Shown piece by piece: positions 18,739 through 27,672 of a stretch of DNA of 50,165 nucleotides. Position numbers and translations under genes: made by a program. Origin of the DNA: Rhodospirillales bacterium (GTDB taxonomy: Bacteria; Pseudomonadota; Alphaproteobacteria; Rhodospirillales; 2-02-FULL-58-16). The stretch is from assembly GCA_046756945.1 (NCBI GenBank), contig JBHHXI010000002.1, positions 1 through 50,165 of the forward strand, given 5' to 3'. Under the pieces are notes generated by a model, which saw only the letters and a program-made list of their open reading frames with translations, was not told the DNA's origin and searched no databases. Position 1 is the stretch's first letter. Every line of letters begins with the position of its first letter.

Positions 18739-18916
18739 GGCCGTACTAATACCCTCTATCGAAATCGGATGGTACGGGTGATCCGGTATTGCCTCCCGGC
18801 GTTGAACGGTCCCTTCCGATCACTCCCCCGCACCGTGCCGGACGCCGCCGGTTTGATTTTCCGCGCGGATGGCCGGATAGTTGGCCCCCATTCGACCGCC
18901 ACCGGGGAGACCGCAC

Positions 18917-20164
18917 GTGCGCCTGAACGATCTGGAAAAGGCCATGCTGGCCGGCGAGATGGGGGAGCCCCGCCGCCTGGCGATCGAGCAGCAGATGGCG
19001 GTGGGCCGGTACTTCGACGCGGACGATTTCGTCGAGGTCGGCCAGGTCCACCTGATGGCCGACACCGAATCCCTGGGGCCCGCCGGCGTCGCCTTCCTGG
19101 AACGGATGGCGGCGTACCCGGAAGCGGAGCGGCGTGTCCGCGTACCCACGGTGACCGACCCCCGCGGGATCGACCTGGCGGCGTATAAGCGCCTCAAACA
19201 GGAGGAACGGTGGGCCGAGCTGGAGCGCCGGGCCATCGACGCCCTCGCCGCCATGGGCATCCTGATGACCAACACGTGCATCAACTACCAGACCATCCTG
19301 CCGCCGTCGTTCGGCGAGCATATCGCCTTCGGCGACACCGGGTCTTCGATCTACGCCAACAGCGTGTGCGGCGCGCGTACCAACTTCGAGGGCGGGCCGG
19401 CGGCGCTGTTCGCGGCGCTTACCGGCCGGGTGCCGCGCTATGGCTGCCACCTGGACGGCGGCCGGCGGGGCACCCTCGGCGTCGTCGTCGATCTCCGGCC
19501 GGACGACTTGAGCGACTGGGGGGCGCTGGGCGCCGTCGTCGGGCGGCTGTGCCGGTCCTATTGGCGGATCCCGGTGATCGAGGGAATCGCCGAGGTCCCC
19601 GCGTCGGACGCGTTCAAGCATTTCGGCGCCGCCCTGGCCAGTTACGGCTCGGTGCCGCTGTTCCACATGGCGGGCATCACGCCGGAGGCGGCGGACGCGG
19701 GTTCGCTGTTCGACGGGCCGCCGCCCGAGCCCCGCACCGTCGCCCGGTCCGACCTGGACGCGTTCTACGCCTCCTTCGGCGTCCATGAGGACAAGGTGGA
19801 CGTGGTGGTCTTCGCCGCCCCCCAGCTTTCGCTTGTCGAAATGAACGCCCTCGCCGACTTGATCAAGGGCCGGCGGGTCCATCCCGGGACCGACCTGATC
19901 GTCGCCACGTCGCCGGAGATCAAGCACGCCTGCGACCGCCTGGGCATCACCGAAACCCTGGAGACGGCGGGCGCGTGCGTGCTCGAGGGCGTGTGCTTCT
20001 ATCAGATGTATGCCCGCGAGACCGGCCGGGCCAACGGCTGGAGGCGCCTGATGAGCAACTCGGCGAAGCTGGTCAACATCATTTCGGGCTATGGGTACAC
20101 ACCGGTGCTGGCGACCATGGAGCGGTGCGTCGACGCCGCCGTGGCCGGGAGGATGGCACCGTGA
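18917..20164 (+). CDS. Aconitase X catalytic (large) subunit, DUF521
   Basis: N-terminus (V)RLNDLEKAMLAGEMGE..., plus HLMADTESLG and FGDTGSSIYANSVCGARTNFEGG. GGGGAGA Shine-Dalgarno before GTG-18917. Confidence 0.75.
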   Translation: MRLNDLEKAMLAGEMGEPRRLAIEQQMAVGRYFDADDFVEVGQVHLMADTESLGPAGVAFLERMAAYPEAERRVRVPTVTDPRGIDLAAYKRLKQEERWAELERRAIDALAAMGILMTNTCINYQTILPPSFGEHIAFGDTGSSIYANSVCGARTNFEGGPAALFAALTGRVPRYGCHLDGGRRGTLGVVVDLRPDDLSDWGALGAVVGRLCRSYWRIPVIEGIAEVPASDAFKHFGAALASYGSVPLFHMAGITPEAADAGSLFDGPPPEPRTVARSDLDAFYASFGVHEDKVDVVVFAAPQLSLVEMNALADLIKGRRVHPGTDLIVATSPEIKHACDRLGITETLETAGACVLEGVCFYQMYARETGRANGWRRLMSNSAKLVNIISGYGYTPVLATMERCVDAAVAGRMAP

Positions 20165-20571
20165 GCGAGCACCGCTATCAGGGCCACCCCGGCGTCGGCC
20201 CCAAGGTGACGGGCACCGCCCTGGTGGCGGCGGACGACTTCAGCGCCAGGTACGACCTGGACCGCGTCAACGGCGTATTCTGCCGGCCCGGCCATAAGCT
20301 CTGTGGGCAGAGCTACGTGGGCTGTATCCTGGTCCTCAACACGGCGAAAGGCGGGGTCGCCACGGCGTGGATGCTGCACGAAATGAAGTCCCGCCGCATG
20401 GCGCCGCTGGCCTTGCTGCTGAACGCCGCCAATCCGATCATGGCCCAGGGGGCGGCGTTCGCCGGGCTGCCGCTCATGGACCGCTTCGACGTGGACATCA
20501 CCCGGGTGATCAAGTCCGGCGACGAGGTTACCGTGGACCCGGCCGGGGGCCTGGTGGTGGTTCGCCGCTGA
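20161..20571 (+). CDS. Aconitase X swivel (small) subunit, DUF126
   Basis: 136 aa from GTG-20161 (GTGA overlap with the large subunit). GTALVAADDFSARYDLD and ILVLNTAKGGVATAW are typical of the swivel domain. Confidence 0.7.
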   Translation: MSEHRYQGHPGVGPKVTGTALVAADDFSARYDLDRVNGVFCRPGHKLCGQSYVGCILVLNTAKGGVATAWMLHEMKSRRMAPLALLLNAANPIMAQGAAFAGLPLMDRFDVDITRVIKSGDEVTVDPAGGLVVVRR

Positions 20572-22744
20572 CGGCCGCGGCGGCGCGGCCGAGCCCCGAT
20601 CGTTGCGGGGCCGCGGCCTGCTTCAGGACCTCCACGGTGCGCGCCGCGGTTTGATGCCAGGAGAAATCCCGGGAGCGGACCAGCGCTTTTTCGCCGAGGC
20701 CGCGGCACAGGTCCGCATCGTTCAGCAGGCCGTCCAGCACGCCGGCCATGTCCTTGATATCCGCGGGATCGAAATAGGCGGCGGCGTCGCCCAGGACCTC
20801 CGGCATGGCCGCGGTGTTCGAGCTGGCGATGGGCGCCCCGCAGGCCATGGCCTCGACCAGGGGATTGCCGAAGGTCTCGACGCTGGAGGGAAAAACGAAG
20901 ACGGCGCAGCGGCGGTACAACTCGACAAGGTCCTCCGGCGGGACGTACCCCAGGAACTCCACGCATTCCTCCAGCCCGTCGCGCCTGACGCGGCGCTTGA
21001 GGGACGCGAAGTAGTGGGCGTCGATGGGCCGGCCGGCGATCTTGAGGGTGATGTCCGGGTGGCTGGCGCGCAGCCCGGCCACCGCGTAGAGCAGGTTCTT
21101 CAGGTTCTTCTGCACGTAGATGTCCGACACCGAGAGCAGGAATTTCTCCCGCCGGGAGCCCCCCTCCGGCGGCGCGAAGATGGGGCTGACGCCATGGGGA
21201 ATGACGATGATGCGCCCCCCCACGAGGCGCAGCAGGCCGCCGGCCGAGCGCCGCGCGTAGTCCGAAACGGCGATGGCCCGCCGGCAGGCCATCAGGGAGA
21301 GCGCCGTGCCCAGGTACACCGCGGCCCAGTAGGCAAGCTTGACCGGGCGCCGTTCGACGAAGGCGACGCTGAGCGCGTTGCGCAGCAGAATGACGGAATT
21401 GGGCGCCGCCAGCGGCGCGTAGTTGGCCGGCGAGAAGGTGACGTGGGCGCCGATCCGGCGGGCCAGCCGGGGCACCTCGACCTGCTCGCGAAACTGGAGC
21501 CGCCAGAAACCCGATTTGAACGACAGGACATGGACGGACACGCCGCCCAGGTCGTCGGGCAGCAGGGTCCGCTGGTCCTCGTGCACGCACAGGTGCACCC
21601 TGATCTCCGGATCGCCGGCCAGCAGCGGCAGCACGTTGCGCAAATAGGTCACGCCGCCGCCCGTCTTGGCATGCAGCCCGTTGACCAGGACCCTGACCGG
21701 CCGCGGCGGGACCGGTTCGGCGACGGGCGCCCGCGCGATCCGTTCCGGCAGGATCCGTGCGGGATCGAAGAAGGCGCCGCCCCTCCGGTAAAGGACGATG
21801 CGCCCGGGCTCGACGCCGGCGGCGATGAGTTCGGCGCGCGCGCCATCGGAGACGGCGACGATCCGGTGCGCGTGACGCAGGCACACGGCCCGTTCCCTCG
21901 CGCCCAGGCGTCTGAATGACGGTCTCGGGTCCCCGGCACAGGAGCCGGCGGATTCCCTGTATTCGACGATCAGCGGCAGCCGCCTGAGGCGGGACAGGAC
22001 GACGCCGGCGACGGTCCCCGGAGCCAGGCGCTGGTAGATGAAGGCGTACCGGGCCGGCCGCAGCCGGCGGACGGCGGCGATCAGTTTCGCGTTATGCCGG
22101 TAGGAATTCAGCGCCCAGGAAAACACGTAGCCGTACAGGGGCTCCATCAGACGGATGCCCAGCCCCTTGCCGCGCGGCAGCCCCTCGGGAATCTTCGCCG
22201 TGGCGAAGTCCACGGCGCGGCCCCGTTGCATGAGCGCGCCTACCACGTCGCGCGTGTGCGCCGCCTGCGCCGCCGCCTGCGCGCCGGGCCAGGGGTCGGT
22301 CTCCAGGTAAAGGACGCACCCGGAATCGGTGTCATGCACCGCGATCCGCGGCGCCCGGAGAAGGACGCCGAGGCGGAGCCACTCGCCGACGAGCGCCACG
22401 CAGCCGCCAAGGACGCCAGCGCCAATTCGCAGGACATCGTACATGCAATCCACCGGCCCGAATTCCCAGACCAGGAAATCGGGGTTGACGACGAAACGTT
22501 TCCCGCCCCCGGCAAGAACGCAAAGACACTGCAACAACAGCAAATGGCCCCGGGCCGTCTCGTCGACGACGGGCACGTAGAGCGTGTCCGCCGCCAGCCC
22601 GCGGACATGCCTGATGGCGGCGACGGCCCCGCCGGCGTCGGCGACGACGACCTGTTCGAACGCGCACCCGAGGCGCTTGCGCAACCTGTCGGCATAGCGC
22701 GTGCTCAACGGGTCGTAGGTGACGACGCAATTCCGTCCGTCCAT
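20528..22744 (-). CDS. Fused glycosyltransferase: unknown N-terminal region, then a GT4-like N-domain, then a complete GT1/GT4 enzyme
   Basis: The C-terminal half has VFVFPSSVETFGNPLVEAMACGAPIASS (E-x7-E region). A second GT-like N-terminus, VRVLVNGLHAKTGGGVTYLRN, begins at about aa 350, in frame with no stop. Confidence 0.7.
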   Translation of the reverse strand: MDGRNCVVTYDPLSTRYADRLRKRLGCAFEQVVVADAGGAVAAIRHVRGLAADTLYVPVVDETARGHLLLLQCLCVLAGGGKRFVVNPDFLVWEFGPVDCMYDVLRIGAGVLGGCVALVGEWLRLGVLLRAPRIAVHDTDSGCVLYLETDPWPGAQAAAQAAHTRDVVGALMQRGRAVDFATAKIPEGLPRGKGLGIRLMEPLYGYVFSWALNSYRHNAKLIAAVRRLRPARYAFIYQRLAPGTVAGVVLSRLRRLPLIVEYRESAGSCAGDPRPSFRRLGARERAVCLRHAHRIVAVSDGARAELIAAGVEPGRIVLYRRGGAFFDPARILPERIARAPVAEPVPPRPVRVLVNGLHAKTGGGVTYLRNVLPLLAGDPEIRVHLCVHEDQRTLLPDDLGGVSVHVLSFKSGFWRLQFREQVEVPRLARRIGAHVTFSPANYAPLAAPNSVILLRNALSVAFVERRPVKLAYWAAVYLGTALSLMACRRAIAVSDYARRSAGGLLRLVGGRIIVIPHGVSPIFAPPEGGSRREKFLLSVSDIYVQKNLKNLLYAVAGLRASHPDITLKIAGRPIDAHYFASLKRRVRRDGLEECVEFLGYVPPEDLVELYRRCAVFVFPSSVETFGNPLVEAMACGAPIASSNTAAMPEVLGDAAAYFDPADIKDMAGVLDGLLNDADLCRGLGEKALVRSRDFSWHQTAARTVEVLKQAAAPQRSGLGRAAAAVSGEPPPGPRPGPR

Positions 22745-22842
22745 GGAACCGGTTATTTCGGATTTCCCCCCGGCGGTCTACCGGCAAAGGGGAAACCATC
22801 TGCCGGACCCCGTCAACAGGCCATTCGGGCGGACAGTTTCCG

Positions 22843-24054
22843 TCAGGCGCTTTCCACGCCTTCGCCCCAGCATTGGCGCCATTCGGTGTCCAGGGTCCGG
22901 GCGAACACGCCGTTTGCGTATTCCGCCCCGGCCATGGCGCGGGCGTTGGCGGCAAGGGTGTCCCGCAACGGGCGGTCGGTGACCACCTGGGTGATCCGTG
23001 CCGCGATCCCGGCGGCGTCGAAGCCGGTGAGGAAGCCGGTCACGCCGTCCGTGACATAGCCTTCCGGCCCCCCGCAGCGGGTGGAGATGATGGGCACGCC
23101 GGAGGCCGCCGCCTGCACGCCGGCGATGTTCAGCCCCTCCTGGCGCGACGGAATGACGAACACATCCAGGCCCTGGTAAAACGCCGGCAGGTCGGCCTCG
23201 TCCACGTGGCCGGGGAACGCCACCTGGTCGGCGAGGCCGATGCGTGCGGCGTAGGCGAGCAGCTCCGGCGGTCTCTCTCCGGCCAAGACGGCGGTGATGT
23301 CGTGCCCCTGGCGGCGGGCCAGCGCCACCGCGTCCAGGAGAAGGGTCGCGTTCTTCCGCGCATCCGACAGACGGCCGTTGAAACCGACGACGCCGGGCGC
23401 GGGCCGTATGTCAGGCGGGCGGAACCGCGCGCCGTCGACGGGGACCGGCAGGCGGACGATGGGCCGCGAGGAGTCCGGTGAAACCGCCCGCAGGCGCTCC
23501 ACCGTATAGGCGCTCACTCCCATGACCCGCCCGCGGCCGGCCAGGATCCTGCGCTCCAGGGCGGCCAGGAACGGGGCCACGCACACCCGGTCGTAGGCGC
23601 GGCGCCCGGGCGCCATCGCCCGGCGCCGGTCGATGCGGTCGCCGAGCATGTCGCTGGCGCACCAGATGAGATGGGGAACGCCCGCCGCCACCAGGGGGGC
23701 CGCCACCAGCGCCGTGCCGCCCACGGCGAGGTGCCGGTCGTGGGCCCCCACGAGGCGGCGCCACAGCCGGGAATCCAGGTAATAGGGGGTCTCGAGCTCG
23801 GGCAGCCAGCAGCCGACGGAGACGAAGGCGGTGCCGTCCCAGTCCCGGTAGCGCCGCGTGCCCGGCCGCCCGCCTCTCAACAGGCGGGGCAGCGAACCGG
23901 TCAATTCCCTCTCGGCGCTCAGGGTGGCGTAATGGGCGACGGTGACGGTGTGCCCCAGGGCGCCAAGGTGGTCCGCCATGGTGCGCGCCAGGGTCGCCGC
24001 CCCGCCGAAGATGGCCGGCGGCGCGGTGATGATGAGTGTCTTCCGGCCCGCCAT
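22843..24054 (-). CDS. Glycosyltransferase family 4 (GT-B)
   Basis: VFVIPSRQEGLNIAGVQAAASGVPIISTRCGGPEGYV motif. Confidence 0.8.
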   Translation of the reverse strand: MAGRKTLIITAPPAIFGGAATLARTMADHLGALGHTVTVAHYATLSAERELTGSLPRLLRGGRPGTRRYRDWDGTAFVSVGCWLPELETPYYLDSRLWRRLVGAHDRHLAVGGTALVAAPLVAAGVPHLIWCASDMLGDRIDRRRAMAPGRRAYDRVCVAPFLAALERRILAGRGRVMGVSAYTVERLRAVSPDSSRPIVRLPVPVDGARFRPPDIRPAPGVVGFNGRLSDARKNATLLLDAVALARRQGHDITAVLAGERPPELLAYAARIGLADQVAFPGHVDEADLPAFYQGLDVFVIPSRQEGLNIAGVQAAASGVPIISTRCGGPEGYVTDGVTGFLTGFDAAGIAARITQVVTDRPLRDTLAANARAMAGAEYANGVFARTLDTEWRQCWGEGVESA

Positions 24055-24060
24055 TTCCGT

Positions 24061-25239
24061 TCACGACGCAGACCGCGCCGGCGCGGCGGCGTCGTCCCGC
24101 TCCACGATTTGGCCGTAGGCGGTGATCGCCCGGTCCCGGTAGTGGCGCCACGTGAATGCCTCTTCGACGCGGGCCCGCGCCGCCGCCCCCATCCGGCGCC
24201 GCAGGTCCGCGTCGGCAACCAGCGCCGACAGGGCGTCGCGCAGGGCCGGCGCATCCCCGGGCGGAACCAGGAACCCTTCGCGCTCGGGCCGCACCAGCTC
24301 GATGCCGCCGGTCACGTCCGTCGCCACCACGGGCAGCTCCGCCGCCATCGCTTCCAGGAGCACGAGGCCAAACCCGTCCTCGATGGACGGCAGGCAGAAT
24401 ATGTCCGCCCCGGCGTAGGCCCGGGCCAGCCCTTCGCCGGCCAGGGGGCCGGCCATGGCGACACCTTCGGTGGGCTCGCCGGCCAGCACCGTCTCCATCC
24501 CGTTTTCCACCGGCCCGACGATCTCGAGCGCCGCGTGCCTGCCGAGGGTCGCGAATGCCCGGAGCAGCCAGGGGATGCCCTTGCGCAATCCCACCCGGCC
24601 GACGAACAGGATGCGCGGCGCGCGCCGGCCATCGGACGGCGGCCGTGGGGCGGGGAAGCGGGCCGGGTCGATGCCGTAGGGATTGACGTGGACCTTGGCG
24701 CGGGGGACTCCGTGGGCGAGGAACGTATCGGCGGCGTAGCGGGTGGGCACGGCCACGGCGTCGGCGTCTTCGTATTCCTCAAGCTCCCGCTCGATGATCG
24801 CCCGCGGCACCGGTACGGCGGCCAGGCCGAAACGCGCGTATTCGGTTTCCAGGATCTGGGCCTGATGCAGGATGTGGGTCGAGCCGCGTTCGATGACGAC
24901 GCGCATTCCCCGCCCATGGGCGACGGGGATCGCTTCGCGCGTCGCCCCACTCCACCCGGCCAGCAGGTCGGCGTCACCGGGAAGGGTGGCCGCGGCAAAC
25001 CGGCCGAAGGCTTCCGCCACGCCCGGATCGGGCGCTGGCACGAAGGGAACCCGCCCGTGCAGGCGGCGCCAGGCCTCCAGCCACGGCGCGGTCCTCAGGC
25101 GGATGGGGCGGGGCAGGAAGCGCCGCGCCGCGAACACGGGATAGGTCGTCGCCACCTGGGACAGACAGCCGCGTTCGTGCAGGCCGCGCGCCAGATCGAA
25201 GCCGTGGAAGCGGCCGTGGACGGCGACGGCGACCTTCAT
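24061..25239 (-). CDS. Glycosyltransferase family 4 (GT-B)
   Basis: Trimmed from the 807-aa track ORF to MKVAVAVHGRFHGFDLA.... IFCLPSIEDGFGLVLLEAMAAELPVVATDVTGG motif. ATGA overlap with the upstream gene. Confidence 0.8.
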   Translation of the reverse strand: MKVAVAVHGRFHGFDLARGLHERGCLSQVATTYPVFAARRFLPRPIRLRTAPWLEAWRRLHGRVPFVPAPDPGVAEAFGRFAAATLPGDADLLAGWSGATREAIPVAHGRGMRVVIERGSTHILHQAQILETEYARFGLAAVPVPRAIIERELEEYEDADAVAVPTRYAADTFLAHGVPRAKVHVNPYGIDPARFPAPRPPSDGRRAPRILFVGRVGLRKGIPWLLRAFATLGRHAALEIVGPVENGMETVLAGEPTEGVAMAGPLAGEGLARAYAGADIFCLPSIEDGFGLVLLEAMAAELPVVATDVTGGIELVRPEREGFLVPPGDAPALRDALSALVADADLRRRMGAAARARVEEAFTWRHYRDRAITAYGQIVERDDAAAPARSAS

Positions 25240-26540
25240 GCCGAGTACCCGGGGGGACACGGGGGGTGTCCCCCCGGCAACGATTTGCGGGGGACGCCCC
25301 CGCGGCCCCCGGCAACGGCCTTGCCCAGGACGTCCTCCAGGATGGCCGCCTGGGACTCCCACGAATAGCGAAGCAGGCGTTGGCGGACGATCCCCACCGG
25401 CGCCGGAGGGTCCCGCCACACCCGGTCCAGCGCCCGGCGGACATCTTCGGCGTCGCCGCACCCGTGCAGGGTTCCGCCCACATCGGCGACGATGGCGCGG
25501 GTCTCGTCGCCCGCCCCCGGCAGGCACAGGATGGGACGGTCGGCGCTGAGCAGTTCGAAGACCTTGTGGTGAAACAGCACCCGATCGCAGCGGATGAAGA
25601 TGTTCAGGCGCGCCCGGCGCAGGGCCGCGTGCAGCTCGGGCAACGGGCGGAAGCCGTGGGCGTCGACCCGGCACAGCCCGTTCAGGCGCCTGGCCAGGGT
25701 CGCCACACGCTCCCCGTCCGAGCCGAAATAGGCGAGCGTGATCCGCCGGCGCTGGTCCGCGGCAACGTCGTTCTCGATCCACGCGGCGAGGCCGGCGCCG
25801 AGGGCGTCCAGGTGTTCGGCGTCGTAGAGGCTGCCGGTCAGGGTCAACGAAAAGGTATTGTCGTCCGCGGCATCTCCGGCCGGGGCCGCCAGGTCCGCCG
25901 GCACGCCGCTGTAGACGACGGCGGGTCGGGCGGCGAACCATTGCCCCGCCTGCCCGGCATGGGCCGCGGAAAGGACCGTGAGCGCCGCCGCGTCGCCGTA
26001 GCGGCGCGCCACGGCACGGCGCAGCCCCGACGGTATGAACGCATCCCAACTGTCCTTGAGATCCATCACCCACGGGCAGCCGGCGCGCCGGGCGATGGTG
26101 CGCGCGATGGTCCACGCCCCGGTGTTGCCGAAGGTCCCCCAGGTGACATCGGGCCGGAAGAGGTCGGCGAGGAGCCGCCAGTAGGGCCGGCTGCCCGCCA
26201 CCCAGTCGCCGAAGACGCCGCCCCGCAGCACATAGAAGGCGGCGATGACCGCCTTGCGGGGCACGGCGGGGAACCGCCCCCGCCGGACCCCTTCGAGCAC
26301 GTGCGACCGGCGGGGCGGGCATCCAAGACGGTAGGGAACGGTCCAGTCGTGGCCTTCCAGTTCCCCCGAGACCCGCTCGGGATCGGGCGCCGGTCCGTCG
26401 CGGGCGAGGCTTTCGCTGAGCAGCACGACCCGATGCCCGCGGCCCGCCATCGCCCCGGCGAAGCAGCGCATGCGCATGGCGCACACGTGGGGCATGTCGG
26501 GATGGCAGTGGCCGACCATGACGATCCGCAAACCGCTCAT
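25236..26540 (-). CDS. Divergent GT-B fold glycosyltransferase-like protein
   Basis: N-terminus MSGLRIVMVGH... and overall GT4-like layout. Translationally coupled (ATGA) on both sides. The last ~25 codons are encoded by repeat copy A. Confidence 0.55.
   Translation of the reverse strand: MSGLRIVMVGHCHPDMPHVCAMRMRCFAGAMAGRGHRVVLLSESLARDGPAPDPERVSGELEGHDWTVPYRLGCPPRRSHVLEGVRRGRFPAVPRKAVIAAFYVLRGGVFGDWVAGSRPYWRLLADLFRPDVTWGTFGNTGAWTIARTIARRAGCPWVMDLKDSWDAFIPSGLRRAVARRYGDAAALTVLSAAHAGQAGQWFAARPAVVYSGVPADLAAPAGDAADDNTFSLTLTGSLYDAEHLDALGAGLAAWIENDVAADQRRRITLAYFGSDGERVATLARRLNGLCRVDAHGFRPLPELHAALRRARLNIFIRCDRVLFHHKVFELLSADRPILCLPGAGDETRAIVADVGGTLHGCGDAEDVRRALDRVWRDPPAPVGIVRQRLLRYSWESQAAILEDVLGKAVAGGRGGVPRKSLPGGHPPCPPGYSA
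25248..25312. repeat. GC-rich hairpin repeat element, copy A
   Basis: ccggggggacac-ggggg-gtgtccccccgg (12-bp stem) and cggggg-acg-cccccg hairpins followed by cggcccccgg. A core of about 60 nt is shared with 35239..35300. Confidence 0.75.
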
Positions 26541-27523
26541 CTCAGCAGCCTGGCCGTCGTCCGCACATAGGGGCCGAGGCCGCGCAGGTGCCGCGCCCGC
26601 GCCCGCAGGCAGGCTCGCCGCGCATACATCCGCGACGTGCGGCGCAAGGCGGGGGCGGCGCGGATGGCGTAGCGGTCGCCGAGGAACCCGGCCACCGCCG
26701 GACGCTCGAGAATCATCGCGGCGTGGTCGAAGAAGCCGTAGCCCATGGCGATGAAGGCCGCCTTCAGGAGCCTGCGTACGGCCGCGTCGTTGCCGTCCGC
26801 GATGGAGTCCGGGTCGACGAAACAGACGGCGTCCCCGTGCACGATCTGGCCGCGGGAGTAGCCCTCGCCGCCGCGGTCGACGTGCGGGTGGATGACGTAT
26901 CCCCGGCGCCGCCAGTGGGCGAAACCGGAATAGTCCATGAGGATGAAACCGTGGCCGCGCAGGAAGCGGTCGATGTCGGCGGCAAGCGGTTGCCCGGCAC
27001 AGAGCGGGATGAACGAGACCTCGGTCTTGATCGCCACCAGGGTGCCGAGCGCGGCCGGCGCCGCCTGCAGGATCTCGAGCTCCATGCCCTCCGCGTCGAG
27101 CTTGAGGAAATCGGGCGGGCCGGCGGCGGCCTCGTCCAGGGTCCGGGTATCCACGTCGATGGTGCGCTCGACGGTGAAAAACTGGGGCTTATCGAACCGT
27201 TCGCCAATCGCGGGGTCGCGGCGCAGAAGGCTTGCCGCCGCCGGGTCCGTCGTCACATGGAGCGGCCGCCTGCCGCTGGTCCCGCTGACCGCATAGGGCA
27301 GGTGCCTGAGGGACCGCCACGGGCCGGCGGCGGCCGCTGCGTTCGCGAGTCGCTTGTATTCCTCGGGATGGGGCTCGAAGGCGACGGCGTCGACGGCGAA
27401 GGCGAGGGCCACGAGATCCAGGTCCACGCCGCCCCGCGCGCCCACGTCATAGACGGTCACCGGCACGTCCGCCATGACCGGGGCGAAGGGGCTGCGCTCA
27501 AACAGATTCGTGGCTGCCATCAT
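26537..27523 (-). CDS. FkbM family methyltransferase
   Basis: VYDVGARGG and DFLKLDAEGMELEIL motifs. Confidence 0.8.
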   Translation of the reverse strand: MMAATNLFERSPFAPVMADVPVTVYDVGARGGVDLDLVALAFAVDAVAFEPHPEEYKRLANAAAAAGPWRSLRHLPYAVSGTSGRRPLHVTTDPAAASLLRRDPAIGERFDKPQFFTVERTIDVDTRTLDEAAAGPPDFLKLDAEGMELEILQAAPAALGTLVAIKTEVSFIPLCAGQPLAADIDRFLRGHGFILMDYSGFAHWRRRGYVIHPHVDRGGEGYSRGQIVHGDAVCFVDPDSIADGNDAAVRRLLKAAFIAMGYGFFDHAAMILERPAVAGFLGDRYAIRAAPALRRTSRMYARRACLRARARHLRGLGPYVRTTARLLR

Positions 27524-27587
27524 GCCACCAGACGTCGCCTTGGGCCGCCGGGACGGGAGGATCGGGAGGCGGCGGTGTATAACCGCT

Positions 27588-27622
27588 ACTGGATAGAAAC
27601 GCGGAACGGCGATATTTAAGGG
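27588..27622. promoter_or_regulatory. Conserved 35-nt motif ACTGGAT-N6-GCGGAACGGCGATATTTAAGGG, copy 1
   Basis: A 7-mer and an identical 22-mer with identical 6-nt spacing recur at 30392..30426. Both lie in divergent intergenic regions of the polysaccharide cluster. Confidence 0.6.
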
Positions 27623-27672
27623 AATTACCGCTTTGCGGACAACCGCCTTGTCAAGCTGATACAGGCCACCAG

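Noticed and set aside
25240-26484. Upstream ~415 codons of the 807-aa track ORF 24061..26484
   Set aside because: This part is an alternate frame over the 434-aa GT-like gene and is Arg/Pro/Gly-rich. A GT4-like N-terminus (MKVAVAVHGRF...) starts at 25239 with ATGA coupling, so I trimmed the ORF there.
27588-27622. Reading the shared 35-nt motif as a sigma54 (GG-N10-GC) or ECF/EcfG (GGAAC-N16-17-CGTT) promoter, or as an RfaH ops element
   Set aside because: The GG/GC spacing is 10 rather than 12. No conserved CGTT-like -10 follows GGAAC in either copy. The match to GGCGGTAG is only 5-6 of 8. I kept it as an unclassified regulatory motif.
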